A stretch of 32,000 nt of DNA from Pseudodesulfovibrio piezophilus C1TLV30 (lineage in GTDB: Bacteria > Desulfobacterota > Desulfovibrionia > Desulfovibrionales > Desulfovibrionaceae): positions 2,340,001 to 2,372,000 of the forward strand of contig NC_020409.1 in the NCBI RefSeq assembly GCF_000341895.1. Reading direction: 5' to 3'. Below are positions 24,774 through 32,000 of this stretch, piece by piece. Numbering within the stretch: position 1 is the stretch's first letter; each line of letters begins with the position of its first letter. A model generated the notes under the pieces. The model made no database searches. It had not been told where the DNA came from and worked only from the letters and a program-made list of their open reading frames with translations. The position numbers and the translations under genes were made by a program.

Positions 24774-27700
24774 TTTAATACCTGTTTGAAGGTTTTATAG
24801 TGATCTGTTGTTTTATATACAAGTCCGTCATTTGAGATGACTAGTCGTACTGTTCCTCTATAGCCTCCAGTGTCATTGATATCTGCTTCTATCCAAGTCC
24901 TTCCAGGAGCAGAGGGCAAGAGTCCTTCTTTGTCTTTGAAAACGTCTCCACCGATACTTTTGCCCGGAGCAACATCATGCAGGTTCCCTTTTTTGGGGTT
25001 CCATCCCAGTTTTTTTGCTTCAGCTTTTGTTAAGAAATTGTCAGGAAGCTTACCTTTTTTAACAGCGTATTGGGCAATGTCGTCAACTTTTGTGAGGACG
25101 GTAGCAACATTATCTCCCATCTTCGTACCAAGTCCAGCGATCATCAAGCCGATTTTGGACATGCCGAACTTGGTGAAGACTGCTCCGAGGGGGGCGGCGT
25201 CTACAGCCGTATCTATCAATATTTCGGTACTATAGTATTTTATGGCTTCTTCGTCTTGATCTTGGATTGCTTCTGCGAGCTTGTACGCATTGTACATTTT
25301 GACGCCAGCATCCACGGCTTCACAGGCTCCGTATATGACCAGAACAAGTGGGAGAGCGTTGTTTTCTGCGGCGTTACCGCCGGTCTGGGCTGCAATGTCA
25401 ACATCCCCACCGGCCAAAGCCGCAGCCATGCCTGCTCCAAGGCGGGCTACATTGACACCGTGTCGTTTCAGTTCAGCAATATCCGAGCTTAGCTTATTCA
25501 ACTCCGCCTGGAGTTCTTCTCCAGACAATTTGTCCATGTCTTTTGAGTCTTCAATTCTATTGCTGATCCAAGCACTGACAAATGTGTCGCCAATCAGTTC
25601 GCCAGTTACAGCGCCTATTGCACCGGATGCCCCGTTGCCTCCGGAAGCCAGATCGAGCGCACCACCAAGGGCGGCATGTGCAATGTATTGCGTGGCTTTG
25701 TTGATGTCCTGATCTTTGTAAGCTGTGCCAATCAGGCTTGCCCCTTGTGCCCCCAACGTCGAGACAGCCGCCCCGCGCATGTTTGCGACCAAGTTTTCAC
25801 CGAGGTTTCCGCCGTTGACGGCGGTGCCGACACCTGTGTTGATGCCTGCGTTGATGACATTGTCCTGAAGGCTGTTGGCGAGGTCGGAGTAGAAGAGGTC
25901 GAGTTCGGATGCGCCTTCGCCTGCGGTGGCGATGGAGTCGACGTTTTGGGCAACATCGCTGGCGATACCCGCGCTGATCATGGCCGTGGTCAGGGATTTG
26001 AGTCCTGCCTCGGAGGCGATGGAGGCCAAGCCCTTGCCAAGGTCACCGCCAGCGGCTGCGTTGCCGAGGGCAGTAACGGCTTGGGTGCCGATGGAGGTAA
26101 AGGCCGCTGTGAGAGCGGTACACATGGCAATCTGTGCTGTTGAGGCAGCAGTGGTCGTGCCCGCCACAACCATGGTGGATACGCCGTTCACCATAGCCAT
26201 CTCCATGCCCATGGCCGCCATAGCCAAGCCGGAAGCAGCACCTGCCGTTACAGCTGATGCAATGAGGGAGATGATCAACATACCTCCCGCGCCAAGGCCG
26301 CCGTCGGATTTGCTCCATTGGTCGTGAATTTCCTGGACGGCCTGCCAGTCAACGTCGTCGCGCTCCAGCAGGTCGCCCATCCATTCGAGGCCTTTGGCGT
26401 TGGCGAGGAGTTCGACGTCCTTGCGAACATCGCCGGAGGATTCCTTGAACTCCACGGTGACGCCCTTGGGCGTTGTGATAGTCAGGCTGGCCCCCGGCTC
26501 GATGAGAGTATGGAGTACGGTTTCGTCGATCTTGCCCTTATCCTCGGACGACCAGGTCAGGAAGCCCATATCGGTCTTCACTTTATGTTCAAAAGACTTG
26601 TTCTTGGTCACCAGCATCGCGACCTTGCCTTCTTCGGCTACGATCTCGGTGGTGTCTCCAGATTTGATGCTGGCGGATTGCAGCACGACGTCGTTCTTGG
26701 CGTTCAGAGCCACCTTTTGTCCGGCTTCAAAGACCGGACGATTGTTGGTGGTGTTTTCTTTCTGGACCATGTCCACGGATTCAGCACCCATGAATCCGCC
26801 ACGTTTTTCTTCGACTTTGATCTTATTTTGAATCTGGTTGGTTGTGGCCTGAATGTCCCTTGAGGCAGTGATCGTCACATTCTGGGTGGCCTTGATCTGG
26901 CTTCCCTTGACGATGGCGTTGCCTTCACTGGCGTCGCCCCCAGCCTCAATGCTGACCGAGCCCTTGGCGTTGATGGTCGAGGCTGCGTTGGTCTGGGCCA
27001 GTTGCTCGAATGTGGAGGACTTGCCGCCGCCGAAGAAGCTGCCACCGGCGTCGTCGGCGTGGCTGTAGAGATCTATTTCGTTGGTGGCGGCGGTGATGGC
27101 GACATTGCTGTCGGCCTCGAGGGTTGCATCACCCCCGATGTTTATCTGGCTGCCGTGGAGGGCGATGTCCTTGCCCGCTGTCACGTTCAGGTTGCCATCT
27201 GTCTTGACGGTGCTTGCTTGCTGCCGCGTGATGTTGGTGCGGGAGCTGTAGTTGCCGCCGGATACCGAGGATTGGGTGGCCAGATCGACTGTGGAGACGG
27301 CGACATTCCGGCCTGCGGCCAAAGTGGTGTCGCTGTCGCTTGTCACCTCGCTGCCGAGAACGCCGATGTCCTGGCCGGCTTCGATGGAAAGGGAGCCCGT
27401 GGCTTGAACCTTGCCCTGACTGCCAACGAACTGAGAAGAAGTCTCTTGATTGTTGTTATTCAACACCTGAGCGGCAAATACTACGTCCTTGTCTGCTTTC
27501 AACGCCACAGTTTCACCTGTGATGGTGCCACCTGTATTGCGAATGGAATCAGTTGTCGTCGCCGCGACAGTCTGACCAGAAACCGTGCCGGTGTTGAGGA
27601 AGTTTTCAGCAGTGATGGTCACCTGTGTTTGAGACTGGATCAGACCGTCATTAGACGTATTGCCCGCGGTGTTAATCGCCACGTCCTTACCCATGATGAC

Positions 27701-30295
27701 CGATCCGCCACGGGCAAGCTTTTTGATGCTGTTTGTACCGAGATACACGACAGGAACAAGGGCTTCCTGCCCATTTAATGTTCGCTTCTCCAGCCAGACA
27801 ATGTCTTTGGTCAGCGAAGAAATCTGCTCCTGAGTCAAGGCAATACCGGGAGTGAGGTTCAGGTCACCCTTAATATCAACGGCATTGTCCATGAGTTGTT
27901 TGAACTCTTCGGTATCAGTAGTGCGCTCCTCACTCAAAAAGCGCTTGGCAGCCAATTTCCTGATCTGTTTGGCCACAAGGCGCGTCTCGTAAAAGGCATC
28001 TCCCATGCGCTTATTGGCTTCGTCGTTCGGATCCATTCCGAAACGGGACATCATGTACTCCGAGCCGTAAAAATCATCGAGATCGATCAGGGCCGGGTCG
28101 GTCTCAATGGCGTAATTCTGGGCCGGATTGGTATTGAGATTGAACAGGCCATTGGACGGAAGAAGGTTGGTTTCATCCGTGACAGAGGAAACCTTGCGCT
28201 GCTGTTTGTTAGGGTCCGGCTCCTCGATAACGCCATTACGCTCGGTAATGCCGTTGGTTACTGTGCCGCCAGAGATGCTGACCTTGTTACCTGCGTCCAG
28301 AGTTCCATATTCATTGCCCACGGATGATAAATACTGAACAGTGCCGCCGCCCTTTTTTTCGATAGACGGTGAGCGGTGAGAATGGAAGGCACCGCGTCCC
28401 CAAGTGACATAACGGCGTTCGAACAGTTCATGCCCTATGTTGTTGAAAGATTTGGCGATAATGTTGATATCGCCTGTGGTCGATGAAATAGTGCTGACGC
28501 TGTTGGTACCTGCATCCGTCTCAATGAAAATGGAATTATGCGCTGCTATGGATGCCCCTGCATCTTCGCCCGTGACGGTATCAGTGGCTGTTCGTTCAGA
28601 GAATATTACGCCATTGGTCTGGCCGTAGGCCGCAACAAAATACAGCATTCCTTTCGCCAGCTCTCGCTTGGCGATTCTCAGCGCATTCTTCCCTTGTGAT
28701 GTCAAATAATTCGAATCCTCGGCGAGCTTCAGATCCAGCTCTGCAATATGGGCGGACAAATCTGCTGCTGAAATGACGTCAGGGGTTGTGTCCATTTTCA
28801 GGTGGTGCATGTTGCTCAAAGGGTAAGCCGTCCACCCGGAGGGGCCAGCGTAAGCCCGGCCAACATAGTGCTTGAAAAGCTCATACGTTTTCCAATTGTC
28901 GTCTCCAGCCTGGAATACGCCATCAAGAGTACCGCCTTCGTCGCCTCCTTCAACCAATATAAACTTTGAGTTGCTATTATTGAACGTAGTCGCACGGAAG
29001 ATCAGACCGCCCTCAAGGGATTCGATGGTTCCGGAATCATTCTGCAGGGTCGCCATGCGAGTGCCTGCAGTGGTCCCTTCAAGAACGGCGTTGCCTTTAG
29101 CGAGGATAGTACCTTCGTTGTTGTACAGGGTGTCATCAATGCGGAAGGTCGAAGTGCCGCCGGAGTATATGGTGCCGGTATTGGTGACATTGGTGGCCGT
29201 GATCAGCACCTCGGTATCCGCCGCCATAAGGCGCTGGTTGTCGAGGGTTCCGGTATTCACCTCGATCTTGTTTGCATTGACCAGAGCCGCATCAGTGGGA
29301 TTAACACGGGCCACGGTGACGGTTGGGGCAGACAGTGTGGCGGTTCCGGAGGCTTTGACCGTACCGGAGACATCAATGGAATCCTGCGAGGTCAGGGCCA
29401 ACGTATTGCCCGAGGAGACCTTGTTGGTAATCTGAATCTTGCCGTCAGCCGTCATCTCCAGATGCTGGGTGGACTGCACCAGCCCCTTCGTGTTGACGCC
29501 CACACCGGCCTCGGTTCCCACGAGCTTGATACGGCCCGCGTACATGCCACCAAGGGCGGAGGAATCGATGGAAATGGTGGGCGCAGGAGTGCTGTCCGCT
29601 GTCAGCGTGGTCGTGGTGCCAGAGACCGGATTGTGGCGGTTCTGGCCGGTGATCACACTCAGGCTCTTGGCGTGAATATCGGCGTTGATAGTGGCCACGC
29701 GGGAGACCAGTTCAAAGGCGTCGATGTTGTTGGCGTTGATGCCCGCGCCATGCACGAGGATGTCACCGCTGTGAACATCGAGGCCCACGAAGGTATTGCC
29801 ACTGAACTGCGGCACACCCGTGGTCATGGTGGCTTTGGGCGTGTTGATGAACCCACCACCATTGATGGAAATACCGTTGGGGTTGGACAGGATGTAATTG
29901 GCTGACTGACCGAATATTTCCGTATGCCCCTGAATGGACGAACGCCCGGTCCCGGTGACCTCATTGAGAATGGTGGTGGCTGCCGTGCCCGAGAAATTCG
30001 GGTTCGGAGCCATCGCACCGCCCAATTGAGACACGCCGGGGGCATCGCCGTTGTTGATGATGACACCCGAGCTACCGACATTGAAGTCGGTGAACATGTT
30101 GTGGGACATGCCGTTAGCGCCCGGAGCAGCTATGTTGACCACGTCCACGCCGTTGGGGGCAGTATCCATGGTCGCTTGATTGGCGGCAGGTGCAGCGGCG
30201 TCTGGGGTTATGCCCCCGGCGTGAACCATGGAGGGCGGGCAGAGAATGAGACTGATAAGGAAGGCGATGAAGAGCTGTTTGATGGATTCAAGCAT
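24770..30295 (-). CDS. cdiA: CdiA/TpsA-type filamentous-haemagglutinin-family exoprotein with C-terminal barnase-like RNase toxin
   Basis: 1841 aa. Features in order: a Sec signal peptide (…PPSMVHA/GG); a TPS domain with ILNEVTG and NPNGI; long G/T/N/V/S-rich beta-helix repeats; the FhaB-type conserved core (LPSNGLF, ETDP, DIVWLEKR...VPVVYL); a Gly/Ala-rich pretoxin region ending in AENN; and a barnase-like C-terminus. Confidence 0.92.
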   Translation of the reverse strand: MLESIKQLFIAFLISLILCPPSMVHAGGITPDAAAPAANQATMDTAPNGVDVVNIAAPGANGMSHNMFTDFNVGSSGVIINNGDAPGVSQLGGAMAPNPNFSGTAATTILNEVTGTGRSSIQGHTEIFGQSANYILSNPNGISINGGGFINTPKATMTTGVPQFSGNTFVGLDVHSGDILVHGAGINANNIDAFELVSRVATINADIHAKSLSVITGQNRHNPVSGTTTTLTADSTPAPTISIDSSALGGMYAGRIKLVGTEAGVGVNTKGLVQSTQHLEMTADGKIQITNKVSSGNTLALTSQDSIDVSGTVKASGTATLSAPTVTVARVNPTDAALVNANKIEVNTGTLDNQRLMAADTEVLITATNVTNTGTIYSGGTSTFRIDDTLYNNEGTILAKGNAVLEGTTAGTRMATLQNDSGTIESLEGGLIFRATTFNNSNSKFILVEGGDEGGTLDGVFQAGDDNWKTYELFKHYVGRAYAGPSGWTAYPLSNMHHLKMDTTPDVISAADLSAHIAELDLKLAEDSNYLTSQGKNALRIAKRELAKGMLYFVAAYGQTNGVIFSERTATDTVTGEDAGASIAAHNSIFIETDAGTNSVSTISSTTGDINIIAKSFNNIGHELFERRYVTWGRGAFHSHRSPSIEKKGGGTVQYLSSVGNEYGTLDAGNKVSISGGTVTNGITERNGVIEEPDPNKQQRKVSSVTDETNLLPSNGLFNLNTNPAQNYAIETDPALIDLDDFYGSEYMMSRFGMDPNDEANKRMGDAFYETRLVAKQIRKLAAKRFLSEERTTDTEEFKQLMDNAVDIKGDLNLTPGIALTQEQISSLTKDIVWLEKRTLNGQEALVPVVYLGTNSIKKLARGGSVIMGKDVAINTAGNTSNDGLIQSQTQVTITAENFLNTGTVSGQTVAATTTDSIRNTGGTITGETVALKADKDVVFAAQVLNNNNQETSSQFVGSQGKVQATGSLSIEAGQDIGVLGSEVTSDSDTTLAAGRNVAVSTVDLATQSSVSGGNYSSRTNITRQQASTVKTDGNLNVTAGKDIALHGSQINIGGDATLEADSNVAITAATNEIDLYSHADDAGGSFFGGGKSSTFEQLAQTNAASTINAKGSVSIEAGGDASEGNAIVKGSQIKATQNVTITASRDIQATTNQIQNKIKVEEKRGGFMGAESVDMVQKENTTNNRPVFEAGQKVALNAKNDVVLQSASIKSGDTTEIVAEEGKVAMLVTKNKSFEHKVKTDMGFLTWSSEDKGKIDETVLHTLIEPGASLTITTPKGVTVEFKESSGDVRKDVELLANAKGLEWMGDLLERDDVDWQAVQEIHDQWSKSDGGLGAGGMLIISLIASAVTAGAASGLAMAAMGMEMAMVNGVSTMVVAGTTTAASTAQIAMCTALTAAFTSIGTQAVTALGNAAAGGDLGKGLASIASEAGLKSLTTAMISAGIASDVAQNVDSIATAGEGASELDLFYSDLANSLQDNVINAGINTGVGTAVNGGNLGENLVANMRGAAVSTLGAQGASLIGTAYKDQDINKATQYIAHAALGGALDLASGGNGASGAIGAVTGELIGDTFVSAWISNRIEDSKDMDKLSGEELQAELNKLSSDIAELKRHGVNVARLGAGMAAALAGGDVDIAAQTGGNAAENNALPLVLVIYGACEAVDAGVKMYNAYKLAEAIQDQDEEAIKYYSTEILIDTAVDAAPLGAVFTKFGMSKIGLMIAGLGTKMGDNVATVLTKVDDIAQYAVKKGKLPDNFLTKAEAKKLGWNPKKGNLHDVAPGKSIGGDVFKDKEGLLPSAPGRTWIEADINDTGGYRGTVRLVISNDGLVYKTTDHYKTFKQVLK
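24773..25102 (-). other. Barnase-type (microbial guanyl-specific RNase family) toxin domain of CdiA, residues ~1732-1841
   Basis: KLPDNFLTKAEAKKLGW..KKGNLHDVAPGKSIGGDVF...EG.LP...GRTWIEADIN.TGGYR...R.....D.LVYKTTDHYKTF. Ungapped hand alignment to remembered barnase gives about 57/93 identities. The equivalents of Lys27, Glu73, Arg83, Arg87 and His102 are all present. Confidence 0.88.
25358..25369 (-). other. AENN motif (VENN-variant pretoxin boundary)
   Basis: The reverse complement of 25358-25369 reads GCA GAA AAC AAC = A-E-N-N, in the context GGNAAENNALPLV. This is the position and context of the VENN motif that delimits CdiA-CT domains. Confidence 0.8.
25358..26302 (-). other. Gly/Ala-rich pretoxin region (DUF637 / PT-VENN-like), residues ~1332-1646
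   Basis: GGLGAGGMLIISLIASAVTAGAASGL..., GDLGKGLASIASEAGLKSLTTAMISAG, ALGGALDLASGGNGASGAIGAVTGELIG. The composition and motifs resemble regions preceding VENN in other CdiA/MafB-type proteins. Confidence 0.6.
29396..30217 (-). other. TPS (two-partner secretion / haemagglutination-activity) domain of CdiA, residues ~27-300
   Basis: NGVDVVNIAAPGANGMSHNMFTDFNV, ILNEVTG, and the NPNGI motif encoded at 29870-29884 (verified by reverse translation). Confidence 0.85.
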
Positions 30296-30310
30296 GATGA
30301 TTACTCGCAG

Positions 30311-32000
30311 CTAGAAGGAGTATTTGATGGAGGTGTAAATTTCGATGTCGTCTTTTTGCAAAAAGGCAGGCGCGTCGATGGGACGGGCTACGGCAAAGTC
30401 CATGACCAGTCGTCCACCGCTGGTGCGCATACCGACCACCGCGCCCTGGAGCGAACCGCGCTCCTCCAAATCCTTGGGATCGGATCGAATGACGCCCGTG
30501 TCGTATCCGGCATAAAACTGCATGGTGCCCAACCAGTCGGATGCAGTCGGCGATTTCTTTTTGATATTCGGCAGATTGAGCGTCAGTTCGTTGCGCATGT
30601 ATGCGCCGATATCACCGCTCAGGCTGTCGTCATGAAAGCCCCGGACGGTGTAACGGCTGCCGATGCTGATCTGTTCTGCGCTGTAAAGGGTATGAGGAGC
30701 CCACTGGCCAGTGACGGAGGTATTCCACGAAAGGTTGAGATCCTTGACTTTCAACGGGCGAAAGAAGCTGCCGTTGAACACAAACTTGTTGAACTCATTA
30801 CGCGCGGTATCGAGTGAGGGAGATATATCCCGTTTAGCTCCCAAAAGAGGCAGGCCGTGGCTGTATCCCACCTGTGCGCTTGCTACACCGCCGAGTACTC
30901 GGTGCGTATGTCCGAGGGTGGTCCCAATGGAGGTAAGAACCTGACTGGTAGCGACCAGTCGTCCGCTATTGAAGTAGTTCTGCGTATCCCGATGGGTGAG
31001 GGAGACATTCAGCGATGTTTTGCCGTTCTGATCACGGTGAAGCACACGATCAACGCTCAGGGATGTCGTCGTTGTGTCGCCTTCCGAGGGATAGTTAGCA
31101 CCGCCGCTGGTCACTTCCGTGCGGTATTTATAGTGGCTGAAAGATCCGGAGAAGGTCCAGTAGCCTAGTGGCACCGAGTAGAAGGCGTTGTAGGTGGCGC
31201 TCTTCTGATGCTCATCTGTCAGCCAAGAGTCTGAATCGCCGTTGATGGTGATGTTGAGCAGGTCATTAATGCCAAACAGATTGTCCTTAGCAAGGGCAAG
31301 GACATACTGATTGCGGCCGGTAGAATCCTGCCCCGTGTTATCCAGACCAAATGAGGCGCGCCAGGTCTTTTTACGCTCGTTGGAGACAACAACACGGCTG
31401 GCACCTTGCTCTCCACCAGGAAGCAACTCCATCGATGCATTGTTGGAAGGAAGGCGGTTGATCTGATCAAGCCCCTGTTCAATGTCTCTCAGGTTCAGAT
31501 ACTTTCCGGCCAGTCCTGGAAACGCGCCCTTGATCTCCCGCTGGCTGCCCTGCCCCTCTTTGAATTCGATCCCCTCGACCTTTCCCTCTACAACCATGAT
31601 TACCAGATGTCCGCTGGAGAGATCCTGCTCCGGAATGGCCGCACGGGTGGTGACATATTCCTTTTCCACATAGGCATTGGTGATGTCGTGGACGAGATTA
31701 TTGACGTCGTTAAGCGTCAGGCAACGGCCTATGTATTTGGCAGTAATAGCGTCGATCTCTTTTTGATCGAGAAGGGTTACGCCCGTAATTTCAATGGACT
31801 TGGTCTCCATACATGGAGCATCAGGAGCCGCCTCCGGGATCTCCGACAATCGTAAATCCTCGCCGGTGGGAGCTTTTTGCAGCTCTTCACGATGCTGCCG
31901 CTCCAATTCCAGCCTGCGCTGCTCCTCCTGCCGCTGAAGCTGTTGCTGTTGACGAATGGCGTCGTCGACAGGAGCAGCCCAAGCCATAGGGCAAACAATA
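30311..32000 (-). CDS. cdiB: CdiB/TpsB Omp85-family transporter (ShlB/FhaC/HecB type), 5' end outside the window
   Basis: Has a POTRA-like N-terminal region and a beta-barrel with a C-terminal aromatic terminus (...YTSIKYSF). The frame stays open to the window edge: codons upstream of the listed Met read ...IVCPMAWA/APVDD, the end of a signal peptide. Its stop is 15 nt upstream of the cdiA start. Confidence 0.88.
   Translation of the reverse strand, partial: IVCPMAWAAPVDDAIRQQQQLQRQEEQRRLELERQHREELQKAPTGEDLRLSEIPEAAPDAPCMETKSIEITGVTLLDQKEIDAITAKYIGRCLTLNDVNNLVHDITNAYVEKEYVTTRAAIPEQDLSSGHLVIMVVEGKVEGIEFKEGQGSQREIKGAFPGLAGKYLNLRDIEQGLDQINRLPSNNASMELLPGGEQGASRVVVSNERKKTWRASFGLDNTGQDSTGRNQYVLALAKDNLFGINDLLNITINGDSDSWLTDEHQKSATYNAFYSVPLGYWTFSGSFSHYKYRTEVTSGGANYPSEGDTTTTSLSVDRVLHRDQNGKTSLNVSLTHRDTQNYFNSGRLVATSQVLTSIGTTLGHTHRVLGGVASAQVGYSHGLPLLGAKRDISPSLDTARNEFNKFVFNGSFFRPLKVKDLNLSWNTSVTGQWAPHTLYSAEQISIGSRYTVRGFHDDSLSGDIGAYMRNELTLNLPNIKKKSPTASDWLGTMQFYAGYDTGVIRSDPKDLEERGSLQGAVVGMRTSGGRLVMDFAVARPIDAPAFLQKDDIEIYTSIKYSF

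Noticed and set aside
27002-27778. 258-aa plus-strand ORF inside cdiA
   Set aside because: It is antisense to the GC-rich repeat region of cdiA. The Gly/Val/Ala-rich translation is typical of shadow frames in high-GC repetitive genes.
29924-30817. 297-aa plus-strand ORF bridging the cdiA 5' end and the cdiB 3' end
   Set aside because: It crosses the cdiB-cdiA junction antisense to both strongly supported genes and has no motifs.

Overview
Chromosomal window, about 50% GC by eye. Gene content resembles a Desulfovibrio-type anaerobe, but the taxon is inference only.

The left half (1-15.5 kb) is housekeeping:
- a four-subunit 2-oxoacid:ferredoxin oxidoreductase operon and queA
- a MerR-like / lipoprotein / coaBC operon
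- an NfeD-stomatin pair and a UDP-sugar 4-epimerase
- parA and parB, separated by an opposite-strand zinc-ribbon gene, with two perfect parS sites upstream of parA
- a heptose-7-phosphate kinase and an ATP-type phosphofructokinase

The right half (15.5-32 kb) looks accessory:
- an excisionase-type HTH gene with an unknown acidic partner
- MarR divergent from a ChbG/YdjC deacetylase
- a roughly 0.95-kb AT-rich gene-free gap
- a DUF3431-like gene, an orphan MacB/FtsX-type permease and a TetR regulator
- 19 perfect copies of a 9-bp repeat starting 5 nt after the tetR stop and in frame with it
- a DUF2087 gene and a VOC-KdsC fusion

The standout is a cdiB-cdiA-cdiI contact-dependent inhibition locus on the minus strand; cdiB is cut by the window edge. 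The 1841-aa CdiA ends in a barnase-type RNase domain after an AENN (VENN-like) motif. The 90-aa gene overlapping its stop is a clear barstar homologue. GC content collapses exactly at the AENN motif, which suggests a recently imported toxin/immunity cassette from a low-GC source.

No rRNA, tRNA, CRISPR array, transposase or integrase was seen. All family assignments rest on motif recognition by eye and on remembered reference sequences. No database search was possible.
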